DNA of 64,000 nt from a virus (lineage: Duplodnaviria; Caudoviricetes): IMG/VR virus record IMGVR_UViG_3300034061_004620; one strand, given 5' to 3'. Made by a program: the position numbers and the translations under genes. Below, piece by piece: positions 27,869-37,100 of the stretch. How positions within the stretch are numbered: position 1 is the first letter of the stretch; each line of letters opens with the position of its first letter. The notes under the pieces are model-generated. The model was not told the origin of the DNA and did no database searches. It saw only the letters and a list, made by a program, of their open reading frames with translations.

Positions 27869-27903
27869 TATAATCCTATTTTGGTTATATTTTTTAGAAA
27901 ATA

Positions 27904-28851
27904 TTACCAACCTTCTATTCTACGTATGACATCAATTTCTGTCATCATTATTTCACTATTACGCTGCCCAATACTGTAGTGATGTTTAAAAAATTCACTT
28001 TGCTTGGGTGTGTAAGTTACTATAGGTAAACCCAATCTGTTTGTCAATGCACTTTCTATTCTTTCGCATCCTTCCTGGGGATCTTCAGTGCTAAAACTGG
28101 TCCATAGTTTTTCAAGCATATCAAAGTCCTGTACATGATGATGATCCCATCCTTCAAGCATAATCATGTATGTGCCTAATCTTGCTCCATACATTGCCCA
28201 GTAACCATTTTCAACGTCTGCACCCACTGAGTGCCAAATACATAAATGATCATAGTTTCTTTTATTCACCCCATCTTCAAATTCTTGTAAAGTGGGCTTG
28301 TGTCCTCTGTTAAGACACATCTTTACACCTTCACGGAATCCGGCTCGCCATGCTTGTTTGGCACTGCCATTGGGATATGTTGTCGAATAACAATTATGCA
28401 TAGCCACATACTTTGGGTCAAAACAAAATTCAACAGCAGTTTCTTCATCGCCCAGGCTGGCCTCATGAGTACGCATACGATTTACAAAGTCCTTGGTCCA
28501 ACAACTAACACCACCGTTGCCATACCTTAACCCATTTATAACATTACGTGCTTTCCATCTAAAAACGTGGTCATGATTCCGTTCATCCAGCGATAATTGT
28601 AAGTTAAAAAATTCTGGATCCGGAATATTGTCTCCATCAACGAGAACAAAACGGTCTGTGTCTGACGCAGCGGCGGCTGCTTTATGCGCTGCATCAGACC
28701 CTTTAACTCCATCAACTCTCTTTGCCCATGGCACCATGTTTTGAATTTGGATCCAAAATTCTTCTTTTTTAGGTTCATCATAGGTTAAGAAAATACAATC
28801 TAAATCTGCTATGTCAACAATTTTAGCCGCTGTAGAATTCTGTGCTGTCAT
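27904..28851 (-). CDS. GT-A fold glycosyltransferase-like protein
   Basis: LDCIFLTYDEP, GVKGSDAAH, FVLVDGDN (DxD), NGLRYGNGGV, WRAGFRE. Confidence 0.65.
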   Translation of the reverse strand: MTAQNSTAAKIVDIADLDCIFLTYDEPKKEEFWIQIQNMVPWAKRVDGVKGSDAAHKAAAAASDTDRFVLVDGDNIPDPEFFNLQLSLDERNHDHVFRWKARNVINGLRYGNGGVSCWTKDFVNRMRTHEASLGDEETAVEFCFDPKYVAMHNCYSTTYPNGSAKQAWRAGFREGVKMCLNRGHKPTLQEFEDGVNKRNYDHLCIWHSVGADVENGYWAMYGARLGTYMIMLEGWDHHHVQDFDMLEKLWTSFSTEDPQEGCERIESALTNRLGLPIVTYTPKQSEFFKHHYSIGQRNSEIMMTEIDVIRRIEGW

Positions 28852-29170
28852 ATGTTTCTTTTTCTTCTAAAAGTAATGCCGCATGATTTTTTACTACTTG
28901 ATAACCGCTTGTGCTTGGATGTAACTGAACTCTATATCCAGGATCGTGTACAATTTTTCTCAGTTTACCATTTATTACTCGATCATATCTAAAATAATTG
29001 TCGTAAGTTTCTTTATCAACTACAATATAATTAGAATTGACAGGATGATCAATCATTGTACAACTCACAATAGATCCTTTACTGTCGTAGTGTATTCTAT
29101 ATTCTATTTTTTGTTGTGGAATATCACGAATCAAGCCAATGGCTGCAATCAACTCAGGAGGTATGTTCAT
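28823..29170 (-). CDS. Hypothetical protein
   Basis: 115-aa ORF directly after a TAAATA element. Confidence 0.7.
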   Translation of the reverse strand: MNIPPELIAAIGLIRDIPQQKIEYRIHYDSKGSIVSCTMIDHPVNSNYIVVDKETYDNYFRYDRVINGKLRKIVHDPGYRVQLHPSTSGYQVVKNHAALLLEEKETYDSTEFYSG

Positions 29171-29987
29171 ATCTATTTATTATGCTGTCAGTTGGCCAAT
29201 GTTTTACATGGTAGTGTACAGGATTATATTGATTGAGATTATTAATCCTTACAATTGGCGGATCTACTTCACATACAACCAATTCGTTCCAATCAACCTG
29301 TCCGGGCCAATTTTGTACATGAGTTTTCATATGTACAAAATTAAAAAAATCTAAACTGGGAACGGTGCAATTTTCTACCCCCGTTATTTTTGCTGCCAGT
29401 GCATAGATTACATCAGTGCTGGGACGATCTTCTCTGCAGTTTTTTAACACATTATCTTTTAAATAATCATAATGCTGATAAAGTTTTTTAGCTGTGTTAA
29501 AAAAAAGTGCGGCTTCTTGTGAGTATCTGTAGTACATCATACCATTATAGATATTTGGCAAATCATTATCAGACCAAAATTTTCTATATTCCGTGTCAAC
29601 AACAACTGTGTCCTCAATATTACGACAATTTGTACTTAAAACAATATTACGCAATCTGAGTGCATGCCACCAGTGTTCAATATTTCGAGTGATAATAAGA
29701 TCTGATTCAAGTTTGATTGTTTCCTTAAATGGAGTAAGCCAAAATAAATCTGGTTCTACTTCCATCGGCCATTCGCTATCTCTACCTTCCACTACATAAT
29801 CAAATACTTTTTCAATTTTAGAGGTTACATTTTTCTTGGTCTTAAAATCAACCACTACAGCCGTTTTGGCATTAGGCATAGTCGTCTTGATACTCATTGC
29901 CTGTAGATAAGCCAATTCTAAATAATCTACTTTATTTGAACTGTAGGCTAAAGTTAAAAATCCTTGTTGTTCTTTGTGATTAAACAT
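29154..29987 (-). CDS. GT8-like nucleotide-diphospho-sugar transferase (degenerate ESD in place of DxD)
   Basis: GFLTLA, DYLELAY, TPFKETIKLESDL, YNGMMYYR, STDVIYA, HMK. Confidence 0.6.
   Translation of the reverse strand: MFNHKEQQGFLTLAYSSNKVDYLELAYLQAMSIKTTMPNAKTAVVVDFKTKKNVTSKIEKVFDYVVEGRDSEWPMEVEPDLFWLTPFKETIKLESDLIITRNIEHWWHALRLRNIVLSTNCRNIEDTVVVDTEYRKFWSDNDLPNIYNGMMYYRYSQEAALFFNTAKKLYQHYDYLKDNVLKNCREDRPSTDVIYALAAKITGVENCTVPSLDFFNFVHMKTHVQNWPGQVDWNELVVCEVDPPIVRINNLNQYNPVHYHVKHWPTDSIINRYEHTS
29174..29180 (-). promoter_or_regulatory. Late promoter core ATAAATA, 3 nt before an ATG
   Basis: The minus strand reads ATAAATA GAT ATG. Confidence 0.5.
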
Positions 29988-30813
29988 TATTAATCAGTTG
30001 TAAATAATTTTCAGTTAACAAATATTGCTTGTGCATTACGTGTATATTATGTTTCGGAATCATGTAAGCTTTGTCGGGAGTTCGTATTATTAACATGTTA
30101 TCCTTTATGTTTATTGCAGTGATTTCTTCGGATATAGTAAGCATGTGCCACGGAATGAGATTTCGTTTGTCAATACTATACCCATTAAGTATAATATTTG
30201 CCATTGCAAATGCAAAGTCGTTTCTGTATTGTGCGCCATCAACATTAAATAAACTTCTATAATAGCCCCAGTTTCTTTGTATACGCCCAACCAGATTAAA
30301 AAATAGTTTGCTTTTGGGTGTCTTTCTAAATAAAACTACTGTAGCCCAAACATACGGTAGTCCAATATTTCCCATTCGCGCAGGCATTGAATGTTTAAAA
30401 TCGTTACTCTTGCCCTGTATCAAATAATCATACGTCTGATCAAATAGTTTTAGCAATGAGGTATCTAATACCACATAATCTGTATCAATCATGAGAGTAT
30501 TATCATAAGGCGTATGTTGATAAACACTATGCCTATGAAAATTTTTCCATTGCACCTGTTTTTTTGTAACAACATCTGTGCGTTGATTCTGCCCGGTATA
30601 ATCCAATCGTATCACATGATCGTAATTAAACTTTGGAGAAGAAGTTTTATCTGTTATTAAAGTCACAGGTAACTTTAATAATTTAGAAACAAGTAACGCA
30701 CATCTATCTGCTATAGCAACGTAATCAACTGAATCCGTATTAAAAGCAAATAACACAACGCCTTTAGATTCTTCGCTGTTTCTTGAGATATTCATGTTGT
30801 TGATGCCACTCAT
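29980..30813 (-). CDS. GT8-like nucleotide-diphospho-sugar transferase
   Basis: GVVLFAFN, TPYDNTLMIDTDY (DxD), WATVVLF, RNDFAF, HVMHK. Paralog of 29154-29987. Confidence 0.65.
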   Translation of the reverse strand: MSGINNMNISRNSEESKGVVLFAFNTDSVDYVAIADRCALLVSKLLKLPVTLITDKTSSPKFNYDHVIRLDYTGQNQRTDVVTKKQVQWKNFHRHSVYQHTPYDNTLMIDTDYVVLDTSLLKLFDQTYDYLIQGKSNDFKHSMPARMGNIGLPYVWATVVLFRKTPKSKLFFNLVGRIQRNWGYYRSLFNVDGAQYRNDFAFAMANIILNGYSIDKRNLIPWHMLTISEEITAINIKDNMLIIRTPDKAYMIPKHNIHVMHKQYLLTENYLQLINNV

Positions 30814-31078
30814 TCATGACCGTTTGATAATGTTGTTGTGCAGTTACTAAAAAAACTTGTCTGTCAATTTTGATAGGATTTTCATAAACATCTTCCAAGT
30901 ATAATTCATCAACAGGCCAAGTTTTAACAAAAGCTAATAATTCTGGTGTAATTTTAAATAATCCACCATTATGCGTCATGTGTAGGTCAGTTTGAATCTT
31001 TTCTCGAAGAGTTCTTTTATTGGCCTGATAGTCGGTTGCCTGCTTAATTTCGGCGACTAAGTCATCTAATTCGTTCAT
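30764..31078 (-). CDS. Small protein, possibly tail-fibre-assembly related
   Basis: 104 aa, NGGLFKITPELL..., position next to the fibre genes. Confidence 0.5.
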   Translation of the reverse strand: MNELDDLVAEIKQATDYQANKRTLREKIQTDLHMTHNGGLFKITPELLAFVKTWPVDELYLEDVYENPIKIDRQVFLVTAQQHYQTVMNEWHQQHEYLKKQRRI

Positions 31079-31080
31079 AG

Positions 31081-31123
31081 TAAAAAGAGAAATGGGTAGA
31101 TGTTTATTTTACATTCTACCCAT
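31081..31123 (-). terminator. Rho-independent terminator-like hairpin
   Basis: Inverted repeat ATGGGTAGA(TGT) 31092-31103 / (ACA)TTCTACCCAT 31111-31123, followed on the minus strand by TTCTCTTTTT. Confidence 0.7.
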
Positions 31124-31149
31124 AATAAAGTCAAATAATTAGTTGCTAA

Positions 31150-32082
31150 TTATCCGAGAGTTACTGTACCCCAGGAATTGGTCAAATTTGTTGTTTCTGG
31201 ATATATTATATCAATTCTATTAGGAATGGTAATATTAATAGTATCGTTATATCCACCGTCCAAAGTTGATTGAGCTGCTGATGTAAGCGTTATCACAAAG
31301 GTTATAATTGTTCCATTATCAGAATTGGCACCTTGGACGCCATTTGATCGAGCAACGATTGTGACGGTGTCACTTGGGTACGCAGTATACGGACTGGAAC
31401 TCGCTGTCAAACTCACAATAGTTTGATTAAGTGTGGTCAAATCATAATATCCAATAGACGTGTCATTGGTGTTTTGTGTCTGACCTGATCCTGTTCGCCC
31501 ACCATTGGTTAGAGATCTGAATGCAGTTACACCTCCAGCGGCAGTAGCCATGGTAATTAAGCCAGCGCCGCGCCCTGTTGCTCCAGTATTTGTACCAGCA
31601 CCAATAATTAAATTTAATTGACCGCCACTGTTAAAAAAATACCTTGCGGCATCTCCTGAAGAAAAAGTAGCTGTACGTGTAATTGTTAGTGTTTGTGCTG
31701 CTGCGCCTGTTACATTAAGAACTGAATTAGTAGTTGTTCCGGTAGTAGTTGTACCTTGTGTAGCAAAATTTAGTCTGTTTGTGTAACTGGTATTAATATT
31801 TGTAGCAAGTGTAGACAGATGATTTATTCTATCTCCGGAGACAACGGCAGAAATACCAGAACCTGATCCGCTTTGATGTGTTAATGCACTGTTCAAAGTA
31901 TTAATCAAGCTTGCCCATTGCGTAGCTGTTACAGTATTTCCAGCCGCTACAGCAGATATCGCAGTCTGGCCATAACCAGCATTACCTGAACCAGTAGACC
32001 AAACGGTGTTAAGTTGGTTTGACCCGTTTATAAAGTTGTTATAGTCTGCTGCTTCAATCAGACCTGACTGTGCGTATGCCAT
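31150..32082 (-). CDS. Virion structural or tail fibre-associated protein (T/G/N/A-rich)
   Basis: MAYAQSGLIEAADYN N-terminus, beta-rich T/G/S composition, SD AGGAA. Confidence 0.7.
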   Translation of the reverse strand: MAYAQSGLIEAADYNNFINGSNQLNTVWSTGSGNAGYGQTAISAVAAGNTVTATQWASLINTLNSALTHQSGSGSGISAVVSGDRINHLSTLATNINTSYTNRLNFATQGTTTTGTTTNSVLNVTGAAAQTLTITRTATFSSGDAARYFFNSGGQLNLIIGAGTNTGATGRGAGLITMATAAGGVTAFRSLTNGGRTGSGQTQNTNDTSIGYYDLTTLNQTIVSLTASSSPYTAYPSDTVTIVARSNGVQGANSDNGTIITFVITLTSAAQSTLDGGYNDTINITIPNRIDIIYPETTNLTNSWGTVTLG

Positions 32083-32095
32083 GTTTTAATTCCTA

Positions 32096-33745
32096 TTAAC
32101 TATTTAACTTAACGATAGCCTCAATAGTTCCTTCGGCTGCATCAAATTTATCTTCTAAACTCCTGCCAATTACGTTAAATGCTGAAATTTCATTCTTTGC
32201 ACCAGCACGAGCTAATCCGTTTCCTGCCGCAACCAGTCTGTCACCTTTTTTAACTTTTCCAATTACACGCACAGGCACTCTGCCATTTACTGCTACTGGA
32301 GGATGACTGATATCATCTCCAGCTGCACCATTCATTAGATAAGCTGCTCTTGTGCTAATAACACCAAACACGTCTTCACTTAATTCTTCGTCTGCTGCTG
32401 TAATTTCTTTAACACCGCCAAGTGCAACTACAGTCCCGGCTGGATAAGGTTGGTCACTGCTGAATCTTTCTGCTAAGTCAGCGTATTTAGCTTGCACCGA
32501 AACTCCATAGAAAGTATTAAACCACATACCAGTACTTCCAAGATTTACTGTGGTATTGGATGTAGGTAAAATTGTGTCTGAAACATAAACTGTAGCAAGA
32601 TTAGCTCTGGTAGTGTTAACATTAGCAGCAAAAACATTACCAATCAAACTTGATTGTAAGAAAATGTTGCTCCATCTGTTGGTTGTATTACCAAGCGTGT
32701 AAAAAACATTCGAAGTAGGATTGATATTGGCTGCAAACGTACTTGTACCAACACCACCGCCCAGGATAGTATCAACATAATCCTTGGTAGTTAAAGTAAA
32801 ACCGTTTGACGATGCTGTAGGGCTGGCTGTGGCTTCTGGCAAACCTGATATAGCATTGCCTTTAAGAAAGTTTGTTTGTGCTCCTGCTTTTTTTATACTT
32901 AAATGAAAATCTTTGTTATTAGTTACATTCCTAAGTGTAACTTCACCACTTGTAACCAAGGCTTCAAAATCACTTGCAACACCAACCTTAATTCCGGTGT
33001 CATTGGTAACTGTCAAGGCGCCATTCAACGTACCGCTGACGTCGTTTCTTAAAAACGAACTACCTGGCACACTTGGGAATCCAACACTAACATAAAGGTT
33101 ATTGGCCACGTCTGCAGTGCCCTGGAACGCTTGGTTGGTAATATTAGTTGCCAAATTTAGTCCGGTCTTGACAGTTGCAAATCCGGTCACTGCTGTAGAA
33201 AAAGTTGGCTCTTTGCTCCAAATACCTACCAAAATGTTATCAATATAAAATTTTAATACTACATAGGTAGCAGATGGGCTGGTTGCAACAATAGTGTCTG
33301 GCACTGCACCAGTATTACCAGTTGCGCTGGTAGTTAAAGGACCTACTGCGGTCCATGTGGTTCCGTTGTAAACTTTTAACTGTACATTAGAGGTATCCCA
33401 CCATTGTTCGCCCACAATTGGATTGTTAGGCTGACTTGACCCGGAAGTCATTGTTGCCATAGTTTTCCATGCACTTGCTGCTGTACCTTTAGTAGCTGAT
33501 GTGTTTACTTTCAAATACTTACCGGCAGTATCCCACCATAGTTGTCCTGGCAACGGCGCAGTTGGAGCTGCACCATTTGCAAAGTTTTCAACTAAACGAA
33601 TCATGTTTTCGTTTAGGAAAGTACCATATCCTGGGTAATTTTTACCAACAAGGGTTAAACTTGAGCTAACTTGATCAATGGTGCCATCAGGTAGTCCTCC
33701 TGTAATTAATTGCCCACCATTTGATAATGTAATATTGTATGCCAT
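32096..33745 (-). CDS. Tail fibre-like protein with a C-terminal intramolecular chaperone / autoproteolytic (peptidase G2-like) domain
   Basis: N-terminus SLTLVGKNY..YG...NEN...LVENFA...GQLWWD. C-terminus YADLAERF...GTVV..GG...GVIS...GRVPVRV.G.VKKGD.LV. Confidence 0.75.
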   Translation of the reverse strand: MAYNITLSNGGQLITGGLPDGTIDQVSSSLTLVGKNYPGYGTFLNENMIRLVENFANGAAPTAPLPGQLWWDTAGKYLKVNTSATKGTAASAWKTMATMTSGSSQPNNPIVGEQWWDTSNVQLKVYNGTTWTAVGPLTTSATGNTGAVPDTIVATSPSATYVVLKFYIDNILVGIWSKEPTFSTAVTGFATVKTGLNLATNITNQAFQGTADVANNLYVSVGFPSVPGSSFLRNDVSGTLNGALTVTNDTGIKVGVASDFEALVTSGEVTLRNVTNNKDFHLSIKKAGAQTNFLKGNAISGLPEATASPTASSNGFTLTTKDYVDTILGGGVGTSTFAANINPTSNVFYTLGNTTNRWSNIFLQSSLIGNVFAANVNTTRANLATVYVSDTILPTSNTTVNLGSTGMWFNTFYGVSVQAKYADLAERFSSDQPYPAGTVVALGGVKEITAADEELSEDVFGVISTRAAYLMNGAAGDDISHPPVAVNGRVPVRVIGKVKKGDRLVAAGNGLARAGAKNEISAFNVIGRSLEDKFDAAEGTIEAIVKLNS

Positions 33746-33766
33746 TTAAGTATTCTCCGACTCTGT

Positions 33767-33773
33767 TATTTAT
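33767..33773 (-). promoter_or_regulatory. Late promoter core ATAAATA with downstream SD GGAGA
   Basis: Intergenic ATAAATAACAGAGTCGGAGAATACTTAAATG. Confidence 0.65.
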
Positions 33774-33780
33774 GACGTTT

Positions 33781-34185
33781 TTATAAGCGAAATTCTTGTT
33801 CTAATGTGTCCAGCATAGTGAAGATACCCTCAATTGCAGACGCTTTATCGTTATTCTTCAAGGATACAACTATACCCTTGACAAAATCATTGTAGTTTTT
33901 GACCCAAAAAGATCGATCGTAAACAAATTTAGCATGCTTAACTAATTTTTCCGATCTTACGTAGTATTCTATGATCTTTTCTTCACGCGAATCCGACCTT
34001 AGATTTTGCAGCAGAAGCACATCGTTATCATCATGTGGATCATCATTTAGTAAAATACTGTTGTAAATCAAACAGTTGTCAATTCTGCTCAACATGGTTG
34101 TCCTGCAATGATCACTATCTCCGTTTGCGTCACAAACCGGACAAGATTCTCTGTTACGTAGATATTCTTCTAAACTTATTCCCAT
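33781..34185 (-). CDS. Hypothetical protein with a CxxC motif and a CFI-box-like domain
   Basis: SCPVC...DHC, then CLIY...DDNDVLLLQNLR...IIEYY...LVK. Confidence 0.6.
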   Translation of the reverse strand: MGISLEEYLRNRESCPVCDANGDSDHCRTTMLSRIDNCLIYNSILLNDDPHDDNDVLLLQNLRSDSREEKIIEYYVRSEKLVKHAKFVYDRSFWVKNYNDFVKGIVVSLKNNDKASAIEGIFTMLDTLEQEFRL

Positions 34186-34188
34186 TTT

Positions 34189-37100
34189 TTATTTTCCCAA
34201 AAGTTTTCCAACTTTTCTAACAATTTTGTCTACAGTAGATATACCAGTTACTGCACCTAACAGCACTGTGGTAGTACCCCAAATCAATGCTGTTTTTGCC
34301 CACATAGGAAGTTGTTTGCCTCGTCCAAATTTTGAAATAGTTCTGCAGAGTGGTAATCCTATGTTCATTACAAATCTTCCGGCTGGATTTGATTTTGTAT
34401 AGCCGTCGGCATTCATCCTGTAGGCCATTTCTTCGGCCCATGGTCGAGCTATTACATCTAAATAATGTGCAACAATTTTTGTTTGTAAGTCTTTGCGTTT
34501 CTGTTCGTCCCTTATCCAAGGAAACACTATTTTTCTAAAGGTTGAGCTGCCACCACCTTCTAATAAATCAACAACTGGACCTGCCCAACGCAAATATCCA
34601 TTGTAGGCATCAGGATCTTGGTCCCGTAACATTATACCGAACGCTTGATCGGCTTTGTTCATGGCATGGTCAAAATATCCCAATTCTGCCAACTTTTGAC
34701 AAATGATCTTACATCCGCCGCCACCAGAGCCGCCAGGACCTGGAGGTAATCCGGTTCTTTGTAATTTACCGTAATTGCCAAATTCTTGTTGAAATCTCAA
34801 GGTGGTAAGATTGCCAGCAGAATTGGTAGTTCTCCATTGACCGTTAATTTTAACAAAAATTTCATCAACATATCTCCAATCACCTGCCACTTTGACTGCT
34901 GCTTCGCTTATTGACCGCCAATTTCCATTAACTTTTATTGTAGACAGTCCAGTAGGATAGATTTCAAGCGCCACAGCACCATTTGCACCTTCGCTACCTT
35001 GTTTACCACCTTTGGCAAAAGGTGATGCATAATATCTTAAGTTACTACCTGGGGGATCTGTTCCTACATTATCACGGGTGTCCCAATAAACCTTGTCAGC
35101 TGAATCACTTATACTTACAGCAAAACCTTTGTTTAGAGGCGAATTATATAAATTAAATTTAATTTGTTTTACACCTTTTCCAAAGTTTAAACTGATAGGT
35201 GTAGGAGTAGCTGTGCTATTTTGTGTTACTGTTGTTATTAGAACATCGTCAATGTAAACTTCTAAGGTGCCGGTTGCAGCCGCTCGTAGTTTGTATTCTC
35301 CAGAATACACTGTTTCGAATTGTCTTGTAACAGTTCCTGCACCTTGTCCCGCATCAGTAAACCACATGCCGTAGTCATTGAGAAATCGACTCCAACTTGC
35401 ATTGCTAACCGGAGATAGTTCGCCATCTGACCCTACTCGTTGATCCTGTCTCCATCTGACAAGCACTGCACCAGCTGTCCCTTCGCCACCAATTGAAGAT
35501 TGTAATTGTTGTGGCCTGGTTTGATCATCGGGATTGGCTGCAAACACGTTAGGTTTAGCTGCGCCGGCACCTGCACTTCCGCATCCTAAACTTGATCCTC
35601 TGTTGGTCTGAGTAACTGCATTTTGTCCCAGTGTCTGTCCGGCACCAGGGCCTCCACCAGCAGTGCCTGTTGTATTTGTTGATGTTGGTGTTGCTCCTGA
35701 AGCGCCAGTACTTGATGATCCTCCGGATCCTAATAAAGTTGTTACAGTCCCGCCTAATCCACTATGTGTAATATTGCCCGCTTGACCGCCTTGTAATTTT
35801 AACAGATATGTGTCTGTTACTGTATCTCTAATAGAGGTAAAGCCGCCCGCAACAGCCGGTATAAGAGTCAAATTAGCATCAGTAATAGTTCCTGCTGTGT
35901 ATGGCGTTAACTGTGTAACACCTCCTTGTCCACCAGCACCAATGCAAATTTCATAAAGTCTACCAGGTACTACAGAAATGGTTCTATTAGTTGCAATTGC
36001 TCCTTGCCCACCACCAGCACCTCCTTGTGTTAAATTTCCGCTTCCGCCGCCTCCTCCGCCGCCGGTTGCAGAAACTAAAGTGATTGAGGTTACACCACTT
36101 GGTGCAACAAAGCTTACATTACCGGCGGTATGTTTAAACAATTGATTAAATGGGTAGTTACCTCCCGATTGCCCACCAAAAGTGCTGGAATCACCTCCGC
36201 GAACAGTTCCGCCTGCGCCGCCGCCCCAGCCACCGCCGCCTCCACCACCGCCGCCTCCGTCTCCGGTTACACCTTGTCCGCGCTGACCTGCTGTGATATT
36301 ATAATTTGGATGATTTGAATTATCTACATTTTGTAATTCTAAGGCGGAGACCCCAGCATAAATCTGTGCAATATCTGGATATGCTGTCGCTCCGTTTCTG
36401 ATTTTGTACAAAGTTGCATTGTTACCATCATTTCCTGCGCCGCCGCCGCCGGCTCCACCGCCGGCGACTGCAACCACATTACCATTGACTATAATCAGCG
36501 AAGCTCCGCCTCCGCCTCCGCCTCCACCCGATGATCCGCCTGGGCCTGCAGGGTGTCCGTCGGCGCCACTGAAACTTGGAAAGCCAGGCAAATTTAACCT
36601 ACTTGCACCTCCAATACCGCCGGCAGCACTTCCTGCACTGCTACTACCTCCAGTTCCGCCATCGCCTACTACTACTTCGATCTGATCCCCGACCTTGACA
36701 CTGAATTGTGTTTTGTGAAATTGACCAGGGGCTCCAAGGCCGCCAAGACTGCCTGCATCGTTACCGCCACCACCACCGCCAGCACCCCAGAGGTAGGCCA
36801 CTATATCGGCATTGATAGGAGATGTAAGACTGTATCTACCGCAGGTTTGTGTGTATTCTGATACCACTGCTGTGCTTCTTGTATCCCAAACAACATTACT
36901 TTCTGCATCAGTTATATTCATAGCAAAGCCAGCTGGTCCACCGGCTTGTGCTACCTCCATCCTAATTTGATTTATACCTTGAGCTAAAGTTATTTTTGTA
37001 GGTACCGGAAGCGTTGCAAAATTTGTGGTCACATGACCCCAGTAACCCCAATAATAACCACCATAACCGTACCAGGGCCAATACCAGCCGCCATACCATC

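Noticed and set aside
5078-30813. Bacterial LPS/capsule locus or prophage cargo
   Set aside because: No wzx/wzy, ABC transporter, membrane polymerase or housekeeping genes, and no integrase or att site seen. Gene packing and promoter motifs are continuous with the phage structural module.
36150-36830. CCG/CCA-rich tracts as a CRISPR array or tandem DNA repeat
   Set aside because: They are in-frame glycine codons of the tail fibre; there is no constant repeat with unique spacers.
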